64,000 nucleotides of DNA, from the NCBI GenBank assembly GCA_016872675.1, contig VGZG01000003.1, positions 175 through 64,174 of the forward strand. The letters run 5' to 3'. The notes beneath the pieces are model-generated. The model did not search any database and was not told the DNA's origin. It saw only the letters and a program-made list of their open reading frames with translations. The translations under genes and the position numbers were made by a program. This DNA comes from Planctomycetota bacterium (GTDB taxonomy: Bacteria > Planctomycetota > UBA1135 > UBA2386). Positions 8,885 through 17,587 of this stretch are shown in pieces; position 1 is the stretch's first letter; every line of letters starts with the position of its first letter.

Positions 8885-10503
8885 CACATAGCCTCCTTGG
8901 CGAGTTCGACCGTGATGCGAAACCGCTCCGACTTGTCCTGACTGGGGATTGGCACCATCAGCGCCTCGAGACCAACCATGTTTGGGTCCGCCTGCATCGC
9001 CTGCTTGAACTTGAGGATCGCGCCGCTGGTCTGCACGCCATCGACCTCCTTGCCCGCGCCCTCGACGACGACGGTCGGCTTCTTGCGCACGCCGCCGCCG
9101 CCGCCCGACGTGACCTCGACCTTCTCGATCCACAACTGCGGCGGCACGTGCGCGGCGATGGCGCGCTGCACCCGCAGCAGGCCATGGTGCGCGAGCGACA
9201 GGCCAGCGAGGTGGTCGACGAGCGCGCGATCGGACTTGTTGGCGTCGATCTGCGCCGCGGCGTCGTTCTGCGCCGTGGTCGCCGCGATGATCTCCCGGCG
9301 CATTTTCTGGCCGGCGACCTCCGCCACGGCCACCGCCTTGCCGCCGTGACTCCACTCCAATGCGAGCGCGCCGACTACGAGCGCGCCGGCGACGATGTTC
9401 CAGACGGTGCGCTGCTGGAAGCGCTGCGCCTTGCGCACGGCCTCCGGCAGGATCTCGAGCGCATACAAGGAGTCGTCGAGCCGCCCGACGGCGAGGCCAA
9501 GCGCGACCACCGCTTCGGCGCGATGGGCCTGCAGCATCTCGGCGTCCGCCGGCGGCAGCGCCGAAAGGTCGACGTTGGCGAACGGATCGAAGACCTCGAC
9601 CGGGCACCGCAGCGCTTCGCGCAGGAAACCGCGGACACCGCGCACGTTGGCGCCGCCGCCGCTGAGCAGCACACGGTCGACCTTGAGGTCGGCGAGCTTA
9701 GCCTGGCTCTTGCAGAACGAGATCGAGGATTGGATCGCCGAACTGATCGCGCCGGCGGCCGACGTCGCCGCGAGCGCCACCTTCTCCGCCGCACCGCCGC
9801 CGTGCCGACCGCGGTTCTGCGGGTCGATGTCGAGCAGCTCCTTCTTGAGCGCCTCCGCCTTGCGTTCCGACACGTTGAAGGCCGACGCGATCGCGTCGTC
9901 GAACACCTTGGCGCCGGCGCTGAGGTTGCGCGCGAACAGCAGGTCGGTGCCCTTGCAGATCGCGAGGTCGATCGTCTGGTGGCCGATGTGAGCGAGGACG
10001 ACGACGCTGTCAGCCTCGACCGGACCGCACTTGAGGTAGGCGTTGTAGAGCGCCGTGCAGTTGGGCACGAACGCGGCGACCGCGCCGCCGGCGTCCTTGA
10101 CCTGCTGCTGGAGCCGGTCGAGCGCCTCGTCCTTGGCGAGCGCCAGCAGGATGGTGTCCACGCCGGACTCGGCGTCCTGAGTCGGCAGCAGGTTGTAGTC
10201 GGCGGACAACGCGCCGCCGGACTGCTGTGCGAGGTCGGCGATCTCGAGTTCCATCAGGTTGCGCAACTGCCAGTCCGGCGTCGGCGGCACCTGGCTGTAG
10301 CGCAGCATCATGTCGCGACCGGAGACGCCGCAGACGACACCCGCGAGCGGCAGCCCAACATCGCGCAGGGGCGCCGGCTCGCCATCCTCGCCGCGAGGCA
10401 GCGCCGCGAACCGCAGGATCTTCACGCCGCGTTTGTCGACCGACGCCGCCAGCGCCTTCGCGCTGTGGCTGCCTAGGTCGCATGCGATCGCTTTCTTCGC
10501 CAT
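8884..10503 (-). CDS. pilM: PilM-PilN fusion (GspL-like): actin-like ATPase-fold PilM domain, TM segment, PilN-like periplasmic domain
   Basis: 'MAKKAIACDLGSHSAKAL' and 'VLLSGGGANVRGVRGFLREAL' are PilM/FtsA-like actin-fold motifs. A TM segment 'VWNIVAGALVVGALALEW' follows at about residue 365, then a coiled/periplasmic region. Confidence 0.75.
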   Translation of the reverse strand: MAKKAIACDLGSHSAKALAASVDKRGVKILRFAALPRGEDGEPAPLRDVGLPLAGVVCGVSGRDMMLRYSQVPPTPDWQLRNLMELEIADLAQQSGGALSADYNLLPTQDAESGVDTILLALAKDEALDRLQQQVKDAGGAVAAFVPNCTALYNAYLKCGPVEADSVVVLAHIGHQTIDLAICKGTDLLFARNLSAGAKVFDDAIASAFNVSERKAEALKKELLDIDPQNRGRHGGGAAEKVALAATSAAGAISSAIQSSISFCKSQAKLADLKVDRVLLSGGGANVRGVRGFLREALRCPVEVFDPFANVDLSALPPADAEMLQAHRAEAVVALGLAVGRLDDSLYALEILPEAVRKAQRFQQRTVWNIVAGALVVGALALEWSHGGKAVAVAEVAGQKMRREIIAATTAQNDAAAQIDANKSDRALVDHLAGLSLAHHGLLRVQRAIAAHVPPQLWIEKVEVTSGGGGGVRKKPTVVVEGAGKEVDGVQTSGAILKFKQAMQADPNMVGLEALMVPIPSQDKSERFRITVELAKEAM

Positions 10504-10525
10504 AGGTGTGGTCTCGCGCTCGCCG

Positions 10526-12472
10526 TCAGTTGCCGAGGTGCTTCTGAATATACTCGCGGACGATCTGGCTCAGGCCGTCCTGCTGGGCGTCAGCGAACGC
10601 CTGCGCCAGCGCTTGCAGCCGTTGCCGCTGTTGCGCGGCAGTCTGCGCGTCGAACTCGGCGAGCTTGGCGCGGGCCGCGTCGCGCAGCGCCGTCGCAGCC
10701 TTGGCGTCGCCGAGGTTGCGCTCGCCATAGAGCGCGACGACGTCGTCGACGCCGAACGCGACGCGCTCGAAGCCGCCGCGCGTCGAGAAGAACGTCGCTT
10801 CGTCGAAATCGCGCTGCAGGTCCCGCAGCGTCGTGGCCTGCGCCGCCATTGTCTCGGCCGCGAGCGCGAGCGCATGGCCGAGGGTCTCGGAGTCCATCGG
10901 CACGCGGCTCGCGACCTCGCGCAGCTTGTCGAGCGTCTCACCCGGCCGGCCCTCGTCGCGCGCGCGGCGCGCCTGCCGAACGAGTTCGGCGGCTTGCTGT
11001 CGCTCGCCCCGGAACAGCACGTCGACCTCGAACTCCGCGAGCCCGATCGCCGAGATCCGGTAGCGGCCACCGCCAAAGCGGCCAACGCAATCGACTTCGC
11101 CGGCAAAACGAACGAGCGCGCGCGTGAGGTCTTCGCCGAATAGCGTCGAAACGCAGCGGAACGACGACGACGAGGCGCGCGACGTGAAAACGCCGTCGCT
11201 CGCGCCGGTGATCAGCGCCCCGGCGGCGGCCGCCGGCATCACGAGCTGCAGGCCGGGGGCATTGGCGGCGACGAAGCGGAAGCCTCGTTCGCCGACGGTC
11301 ACGGATAACGACGCGCCGAGGTCGCTCAGCGTCAGCAGATCGGCGCGATGCAGGCCGGCGAGCTCCGTCGGCGCCGGGTCGGGCAGGATCGCGAGCAGGA
11401 CCGCCGGCGCGTCCTTGTCGACCGTGCGCAGCGCGAGCGCATCACCGGTGCCGAAGACGGTGTGGCTGCCGTCGGCGAGCTTGGCTTCGACCGGCGCCGC
11501 CGAACCCGCTTCGATGACGCTGCAGTCGTCGACGTAAACGACCGCATCGGCGTTCGGCAGCGTCGCGACGACCTCCAGCTGCAGGCGGTCGCAGCCGGCC
11601 GGCGCCGCCAGCACGAGCTCGAGTCGCGTCCAGCCATCGGCCGCCGCCAGCTTGGTGCCAGTGCGGAAAGCGAATGGCGCTTGCTCGTTCGCCGACGCAA
11701 ACACCGCGCGCAGCGCGACGGTCGCGCCGCCCTCGGCGCGGACATGCGCGGCGAGCGTATAGGTGCGCTGCGGGAACACCGTCGTTGCGTCCTGCGCGCG
11801 CATCACGGCGAAGTCAGCCACGTCGGCGTTCTCGCCACGGCGTGCTTCGAACGCGCCGCTGCCGGTGTGCGCCACGCCACACGGGTTGAAGCCCGCGCCT
11901 GCCGGCCGCAGCGACCAACCATCGGCGGCCTCGCAACCGCTGACGCCGGCGGCGAGTTTGTCCCCCGCGACGGCGAGAATCGGCCGCGGTCCGGCGCTAA
12001 CGCCGCCACCGCCACCGACCTGCTGTGTTCGCCCGAGCCATAGGTACCCACCGGCGCCAAGACCGGCGACGAGCGCGAGTCCCAGTATTGCGGTCGAGCG
12101 CGAGCCCTTGCCCAGCCGCGAACGGTCGAGCGTGCGCAGCGCCACGGCGCCGCCCTCGGCGACGCCGACGGCGCTGGCGCCCTCCTCGCGGAAGGCCACG
12201 CGCCAGCGTCCGAAGGTCACCACGTCGCCGGGCGTCAACAAGAGCTCGGTGACGCGCTTGCCGTCCAGCAACGTGCCGTTGGTCGAGCCGAGATCCCGCA
12301 GGATGCAGCGATCGCCTTCGAGGACGATCTCGGCGTGGCTACCGGAAGTTTTCTCGTCGGCGAGGACCAGATCGTTGCCCGGCTTACGGCCGATGCGCAG
12401 CGGACGATCCGGGATCGCAACGACTTCGCCGGCTCGATCCCCGTCGAGGATCTCGAGGACGTACTTGGCCAT
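10526..12472 (-). CDS. FHA-domain protein with TM segment and CBM4/9-like carbohydrate-binding-type domain
   Basis: FHA signature: 'LRIGRKPGNDLVLADEKTSGSHAEI...LRDLGSTNGTLLDGKRV'. TM segment: 'TAILGLALVAGLGAGGYLWL'. The stretch 'GWSLRP...TYTLAAHVRAEGGATVALRAVF...WTRLELVLAAPAGCDRLQLEVV...VYVDDCSVIE' resembles the CBM_4_9 pattern. I moved the start to the ATG at 12472 (MAKYVLEIL). Confidence 0.8.
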   Translation of the reverse strand: MAKYVLEILDGDRAGEVVAIPDRPLRIGRKPGNDLVLADEKTSGSHAEIVLEGDRCILRDLGSTNGTLLDGKRVTELLLTPGDVVTFGRWRVAFREEGASAVGVAEGGAVALRTLDRSRLGKGSRSTAILGLALVAGLGAGGYLWLGRTQQVGGGGGVSAGPRPILAVAGDKLAAGVSGCEAADGWSLRPAGAGFNPCGVAHTGSGAFEARRGENADVADFAVMRAQDATTVFPQRTYTLAAHVRAEGGATVALRAVFASANEQAPFAFRTGTKLAAADGWTRLELVLAAPAGCDRLQLEVVATLPNADAVVYVDDCSVIEAGSAAPVEAKLADGSHTVFGTGDALALRTVDKDAPAVLLAILPDPAPTELAGLHRADLLTLSDLGASLSVTVGERGFRFVAANAPGLQLVMPAAAAGALITGASDGVFTSRASSSSFRCVSTLFGEDLTRALVRFAGEVDCVGRFGGGRYRISAIGLAEFEVDVLFRGERQQAAELVRQARRARDEGRPGETLDKLREVASRVPMDSETLGHALALAAETMAAQATTLRDLQRDFDEATFFSTRGGFERVAFGVDDVVALYGERNLGDAKAATALRDAARAKLAEFDAQTAAQQRQRLQALAQAFADAQQDGLSQIVREYIQKHLGN

Positions 12473-12686
12473 CGGTTGTATGTGGGGTCGGGCGGCAGGC
12501 ATGCCGCAGCAAGCGAAGCGCGCCGGCGGAGCGGCCGACGCACCGGATGGGTCGGGGACGCGAGCCCGCTGCCGGCCTGACACAAACTAGCCCGCCGCCG
12601 ATGCGCCGCAACCAACCGTTGGCAAGACTTCTATGCCGACTCTAGGTCGCCGCGCGGTGCCGTCGGCGTTACAACCTGCCGACGGG
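12473..12686. promoter_or_regulatory. Divergent intergenic region between the FHA/pseudopilin operon and rsmE
   Basis: A 214-bp non-coding gap lies between divergently oriented genes, so the promoters for both must sit here. I could not assign confident -35/-10 boxes. Confidence 0.3.
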
Positions 12687-13367
12687 ATGGCCAACCGCTA
12701 CTTCGTCGAGGCGCTGCCGGCTGTTGGCCGCCACGAACTACCCGAGGACGTCGCCCACCACCTCGCCCGCGTGCTGCGCTGCCGACCGGGGGATCCGGTG
12801 CGGCTTGGCGATGGCGCGGGCGGCACGGCCGATGCCGTCGTGGCCACTGCCGACAAACGCGGCGTCGCGGTCGACGTGCAGGCCTGTCGCCGCGAACCGG
12901 CCCCGCCGGTCGCCCTGACGTTGGCCTTCGCGCTGCCGCGGCTACAGCGCACCGAGTGGCTGCTCGAGCACGGCACGGAACTAGGCGTGGCGGCCTTTCA
13001 ACCGATCTGGACCGCGCGAACGCGCCCGGGGAACGAACGTCCGGAGCGCTGGCAGCGCATCGTCAACGCCGCCGCCGGGCAGTGCGACCGCGCTTGGCTG
13101 CCGCTCGTGCAGCCGGCGTGCGAGCTCGCCGACTTGCTGGCGCGGACCGACAGCGGCACGCGGCTGCTGGCGAGTCCGGCCGGCGCGCCGAGCCGGCCGC
13201 TCGACGCCGGTCGCGCCACCCTGCTCGTCGGCCCCGAGGGCGGCTTCAGCGACGACGAACTCGCGGCCATCGCCGCGGCGGGCTACGCCGGCGTCCGGTT
13301 CGGCGGCCACATCCTGCGCACCGAGACCGCCGCGATGGTCGGCGCCGCGCTGCTGTTGGCGCGCTGA
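12687..13367 (+). CDS. rsmE: 16S rRNA (uracil1498-N3)-methyltransferase RsmE
   Basis: The N-terminus 'MANRYFVE' is typical of RsmE. The C-terminal SPOUT motif is 'LLVGPEGGFSDDE...GGHILRTETAAMVGAALL'. I moved the start from 12633 to 12687. Confidence 0.85.
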   Translation: MANRYFVEALPAVGRHELPEDVAHHLARVLRCRPGDPVRLGDGAGGTADAVVATADKRGVAVDVQACRREPAPPVALTLAFALPRLQRTEWLLEHGTELGVAAFQPIWTARTRPGNERPERWQRIVNAAAGQCDRAWLPLVQPACELADLLARTDSGTRLLASPAGAPSRPLDAGRATLLVGPEGGFSDDELAAIAAAGYAGVRFGGHILRTETAAMVGAALLLAR

Positions 13368-13374
13368 CGGATCC

Positions 13375-13415
13375 CCGCCAAACGAAAACGCCCCGCGGCC
13401 GACGGCCACGGGGCG
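13375..13415 (-). terminator. Rho-independent terminator downstream of the 744-aa secreted-protein gene
   Basis: The minus-strand RNA reads CGCCCCGUGGCC-GUC-GGCCGCGGGGCG, a 12-bp stem including one G-U pair with a 3-nt loop. It is followed by UUUUCGUUUGG. It lies 50 nt after the stop at 13465. Confidence 0.65.
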
Positions 13416-13464
13416 CGTTGCGCTGGACATCGCGCGACCACTCGGACTCCGGATGACCCCGGTC

Positions 13465-15699
13465 TCAGAGGATGCCGAGCAGCAGTTGCAGGGCGTTCGA
13501 CGTGATCGCGCCAAAGGCGTTGACACCCGTCTTCAGCACCGCCGATTGGTTCATGATCACCACGCCCGAAGCGCCAGCGACATTCGGCACCGGGAACGAC
13601 ACTGCCGTCGTGGCGCCGCCGATCACGAACGTGTTGAGCACGTCGAGGCCGGCGTACAACCGGCAGCCGGGCATGCCCAGTGTGCCGAGATCGACGCCGG
13701 GCGCCGGGTACTGGGTCAGCGATAGGATCGAGATGCCGAGCGCCGAACCCGCCGGGATGTTCTGCGTATTGAGGTTGATCGTCGTGCCCATGATCGGGCG
13801 CGCCGACGCCGTCAGCGCGAGGTTCGGCACCGTGCCGCTGCACAGGACAAGGCCGCCAGCAAGGTTCGCCGAGATGTCCCAACTACCCGGGTCGGTTGCG
13901 CCGTTGCCGCGCGTGAAGCCGGTCAGGTACTCGTTGCCCGCCGCCGTCACCGCGCCGTAGACGACGTTGACGTTGCCGTTCGGGAAGAACTGGAACTGGA
14001 ACGTCGCGCTGCCGCCGGTGCCGTAGTTGGGCACCGCAGTGAAGGTGATGCGCACGACGGTAGGGCTGCTGTCGAGCTTGATCTGGCCCGCGCCGGCGTC
14101 GAGGTCATGCCACGCCGCTGCCCACATCGGGGCGCCGGCCAAGAACGACGACGGCGCCGGCGTGTACGACGTGCTGTTGCCGCCCGCCTGGACGAAGCCG
14201 TTGGTGCAGACCCACAGCGTGTTCGTCGCGCCGCCCGGGTACGGCAGCGAGAACGGCAGGGTGACGTTGGCGCCCGCGTCATCGCCTGACACGATGGTGG
14301 GCGCCGAAGCCGCCGGCGCGACGAACGTCGCCGTGCCCTGGCTCACCGCGTAGTTCGAGCCGTTGAACGTCAACGCCCAGCGCCCACCGGCCAAGTCGAA
14401 CGAACTCGCCGTGGTGAAATACTCGTAGAACGACGCCTGGCAGTTGGTGCCGCCGCAACCGGTGCCGGTCGCGGTCACCTGCGCGAAGGTCGAACCGCTC
14501 GGCACCTTGGCGCCGACGCCGACGCTCAGCGCGCCCGGACCCAGCCGCGCCTCGTCGATCGTCACCATGCCCGAGCCCGGCGCGAAGTTGGCGTCGAAGC
14601 CGAAGTTGTAGATCGTGCCCCAGTTGAGCGGGTTGCTCGCCGGGGCGGTAAAGACGATCTCGTTGCCGACGCGGGCCGCAGTCCACTCGTTGAGCGCGTT
14701 GGTGTCGATGTCGCCGAAGCTGAAGTTACTGGCCACTGCGGCGGCGTCGATCGGCACACGCAGCGTCGCGCCGCCGCGGTTGTTGTCGACGTTGTGGATG
14801 GCGTACTCGTAGTGGTGGTTGCCGCCGCCGAGCGGGGTCACCACGCAGCCGACGAAGAAGCGGCCGTCATCGTTGCCGTTCTGGCCGGCATTGACCTCAG
14901 CGCCTGGCCAGCGCGTCAGCACCGAGCCGTGCGTCATCGCGTTGGCGTTGTTCGGGAACGACCAGTTGCCGCCGCCGTACGTCGGCGAGCAACCGCGCGA
15001 GGCGAGGTTGTCGCCGCGGTTGGCGCCCGACTCGCCCTGGTGGATGAGCTGGATCGCGTAGAAGTACTGCGCGCCGGCCGTCGTCAGGTCGATCTCGCGC
15101 ACGGTCATGCGGTTCTTCACCGCGTCGAAAGCGCCGATCTGCGTGCTCGACAGCGAGCGGATGCCGTCGATCGCCGCCGCGCCGGTCACGGTCGGATCGC
15201 CGTAGTCGAAGTAGCTGCCGACCGGGTTCCACGTGCCGAGCCACGGATCGATCTCCGCGGGCGGGCCGAGCCAGAAGCGGTCGGCGTTGTTGCCAGCGCC
15301 GTACGTGTCGGAGCAACCGACGCCCATGACGCTGCCGCCGGGCGTGTTGCAGCTGCCGCAGGCGCCCGAGTAGTTCGTCGAAGTGAAGGCGTGCTTGCAG
15401 AAGCTCCAGTTGTTGACCTGCTCGATCTTGCCGCCGCTGACGCGCACCAGCAGGAAGCCGAACTTCGGGTGGTTGCTCTGCATCGCCGCGGCCCACGGGA
15501 TGCCGACCGAGCCCGGGTTGCACATCTCATTGAGCATCGCCATGCCGATCTCGCCGTTCGGATGGGCCGCGCCGCGGCGCCCGTAGTACGTCAGCGAATC
15601 GATCAGCGACAACCGGCCGTCGAGGCCGGCGACCACGTTCGATTGCGCCGCCAGAGTCGTGACAAGGGCCGCGAACGACAACAACCTGTATTGGTGCAT
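13465..15699 (-). CDS. Secreted protein of unknown function (signal peptide; Gly/Asn/Ser/Thr-rich)
   Basis: 'MHQYRLLSFAALVTTLAAQS' is signal-peptide-like. The frame is long with non-shadow composition and its own terminator. I recognised no catalytic motif. Confidence 0.7.
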   Translation of the reverse strand: MHQYRLLSFAALVTTLAAQSNVVAGLDGRLSLIDSLTYYGRRGAAHPNGEIGMAMLNEMCNPGSVGIPWAAAMQSNHPKFGFLLVRVSGGKIEQVNNWSFCKHAFTSTNYSGACGSCNTPGGSVMGVGCSDTYGAGNNADRFWLGPPAEIDPWLGTWNPVGSYFDYGDPTVTGAAAIDGIRSLSSTQIGAFDAVKNRMTVREIDLTTAGAQYFYAIQLIHQGESGANRGDNLASRGCSPTYGGGNWSFPNNANAMTHGSVLTRWPGAEVNAGQNGNDDGRFFVGCVVTPLGGGNHHYEYAIHNVDNNRGGATLRVPIDAAAVASNFSFGDIDTNALNEWTAARVGNEIVFTAPASNPLNWGTIYNFGFDANFAPGSGMVTIDEARLGPGALSVGVGAKVPSGSTFAQVTATGTGCGGTNCQASFYEYFTTASSFDLAGGRWALTFNGSNYAVSQGTATFVAPAASAPTIVSGDDAGANVTLPFSLPYPGGATNTLWVCTNGFVQAGGNSTSYTPAPSSFLAGAPMWAAAWHDLDAGAGQIKLDSSPTVVRITFTAVPNYGTGGSATFQFQFFPNGNVNVVYGAVTAAGNEYLTGFTRGNGATDPGSWDISANLAGGLVLCSGTVPNLALTASARPIMGTTINLNTQNIPAGSALGISILSLTQYPAPGVDLGTLGMPGCRLYAGLDVLNTFVIGGATTAVSFPVPNVAGASGVVIMNQSAVLKTGVNAFGAITSNALQLLLGIL

Positions 15700-15835
15700 G
15701 GTGGGACGTAGAGATGGTGTTGATCTAGCGCCGACGCCGGCGCCAATGCGCTTGAGTGTAACCCAAACCCCGACGTGCGCCTAGGCCGACGCCGCCCTTG
15801 CATGGGCCGCCTCGAACGCCGACTGTGCACGCGCG

Positions 15836-17005
15836 ATGGCACGGCCCCAAGCCCCACGGCTCCCCGACCTGCGGCTGAAGATCCGCGTCCACGGCCGGCA
15901 TCCGTGGTTCTACCGCAAGATGATAGAGAAGCCGGAGCAGCCGCTGCCGGCGGGCACGCCGGCGGTGGTCAAGGACAAGGCCGGCAACCTGGTCGGCACC
16001 GGCTTCTACAACCCACGCGCCGAACTGGCGCTACGCATGTTCGCCGACGAGCCGGTGGCAGACGTTCGCAGCCACTTCCTCGGCGCCCTGCAGCAGGCCG
16101 TGGCTCTGCGCGAGGACGCGCTCGGGTTGCCGCGCCACACCGACGCCTACCGACTGGTGCACGCCGAGGGTGACGGTTTTCCCGGCCTCGTGCTCGACAA
16201 GCTCGGCGGCGCCATCGTGGCGCAGGTCGCCTCGCTCGGCATGCTGCAGCAGCTCGATGCCCTCGGCGAGTGGCTGCTGCGCAAGTACCCCGGCAGCAGG
16301 CTGGCGCTGCTGCAGGACAAGGACTGGAGCGAGCGCGAAGGCATGGAGAAGTTGCCGCGGCCGGCGGCGATCCACACCACCGTGCGCGAGCACGGCCTGA
16401 CCTACGCCGTGCAGGCCGGCGCTGGCCACAAAACCGGGTTCTTCGCCGACCAGCGCGACAACCGCTGGGCGGTGCGCAACCTCAGCCGCGGCCGTTCGGT
16501 GCTCGACCTGTGCTGCAACAGCGGCGGCTTCGCGCTCAACGCCGTCGTCGGCGGCGCGGCCAAGGTCGTCGCCGCCGACCTCGACGAGGCGATGGTCGCG
16601 CAGACGCAGCACAACGCCGCCGCCAACAAGCAGAAGCTGACCGCCGTGCACGGCGATGCCTTCGATCTATTGCGTGACGCGCAACAAGGCGCGCACGACC
16701 TGCTGATCCTCGACCCGCCGAAGTGGGTCCACCACCGCGACGAGCTCGAGGGCGGCCTCCAGCGTTACTTCGACCTCAACCGTCTCGGCTTCGAGAAGGT
16801 CGCGCGCGGCGGCATCGTGGTGACCTGCTCGTGCTCGGGCAGCGTGAGCGAGGAGCAGTTCCTGCGCATGCTGCGCGACGCCGCCGCGGCGGCCGGCCGC
16901 GACGCGCGCGTGCTGATGCTGCGCGGCGCTGGCGCCGACCACCCGATCGCGCTCGAGTGCATGGAAACGCGCTACCTCAAGGTGGCGTTCCTGCAGGTGC
17001 GCTGA
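15836..17005 (+). CDS. rlmI: Class I SAM-dependent 23S rRNA m5C methyltransferase, RlmI-like (PUA + MTase)
   Basis: The N-terminus 'LKIRVHGRHPWFYRKMI...VVKDKAGNLVGTGFYNP' is PUA-like. 'KTGFFADQRDNR', 'VLDLCCNSGGF' and 'ILDPPKW' match the RlmI/RlmK family blocks. Confidence 0.8.
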   Translation: MARPQAPRLPDLRLKIRVHGRHPWFYRKMIEKPEQPLPAGTPAVVKDKAGNLVGTGFYNPRAELALRMFADEPVADVRSHFLGALQQAVALREDALGLPRHTDAYRLVHAEGDGFPGLVLDKLGGAIVAQVASLGMLQQLDALGEWLLRKYPGSRLALLQDKDWSEREGMEKLPRPAAIHTTVREHGLTYAVQAGAGHKTGFFADQRDNRWAVRNLSRGRSVLDLCCNSGGFALNAVVGGAAKVVAADLDEAMVAQTQHNAAANKQKLTAVHGDAFDLLRDAQQGAHDLLILDPPKWVHHRDELEGGLQRYFDLNRLGFEKVARGGIVVTCSCSGSVSEEQFLRMLRDAAAAAGRDARVLMLRGAGADHPIALECMETRYLKVAFLQVR

Positions 17006-17016
17006 CGCGCGCGGCG

Positions 17017-17571
17017 ATGGCCGACCTCGACGCGCTTCTGCGTGACCGCCTCGCGCCGATCGGCGACTGGCAGGCGACGACGCTGCGGCGCGCGGCCGTG
17101 CTCGTCCCGCTGCTGGCGGTCGACGGCGTCGACGGCTTGCTGCTGGTCGTGCGGCCGGACGCCGCGCGCCAGCACGCCGGCCAGATCGCGTTCCCGGGCG
17201 GCATGCGCGATGCCGACGAGTCGATCGTCGCAACCGCGACGCGCGAATGCCGCGAAGAAACCGGCGTCGACCCCGCGACGCTGCTCGGCGCGCTGACGCC
17301 GCGCGTCAGTTCGAGCAACATCCTGGTGCACGCCGTCGTCGGCCGATTGACTGCCGGCGCAGCGCTGCGCCCCTGCCCACGCGAGGTCGTGCGCACGCTG
17401 TGGTTGCCGCTCGCCGAGGCCTTCGACGAGACGCGCTGGCACGAACTGCCACCGCCCGGCGGCGCCACCGGCGCGCAGCCGGCGACGAGTCCGCATTTCC
17501 GCCACGGTGCCGACCTGGTCTGGGGGCTGACCGGTCGGTTCCTGCGCGACCTGGCGGCGGCTCTGCGCTGA
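17017..17571 (+). CDS. NUDIX hydrolase, CoA pyrophosphatase (NudL-like)
   Basis: The Nudix box 'GGMRDADESIVATATRECREETGV' is preceded by the CoA-type motif 'LLLVVRPDAARQHAGQIAFPGG'. I set the start at ATG 17017; the track ORF 16723 start gives an Arg-rich extension overlapping rlmI. Confidence 0.75.
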   Translation: MADLDALLRDRLAPIGDWQATTLRRAAVLVPLLAVDGVDGLLLVVRPDAARQHAGQIAFPGGMRDADESIVATATRECREETGVDPATLLGALTPRVSSSNILVHAVVGRLTAGAALRPCPREVVRTLWLPLAEAFDETRWHELPPPGGATGAQPATSPHFRHGADLVWGLTGRFLRDLAAALR

Positions 17572-17587
17572 GCGGGCGTCGCCGCGC

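Noticed and set aside
8885-9607. Upstream part of ORF 8063-9607 (514 aa)
   Set aside because: It is Arg/Gly-rich and overlaps the well-supported pilMN gene. The internal ATG at 8884 overlaps the pilMN stop (TGATG) and starts a TM-containing protein.
12610-12650. Possible sigma-70 promoter 'TTGGCA-N17-CTAGGT' upstream of rsmE
   Set aside because: The -10 candidate is a poor match. Promoter consensus for this lineage is unknown, so the evidence is too weak to report as a feature.
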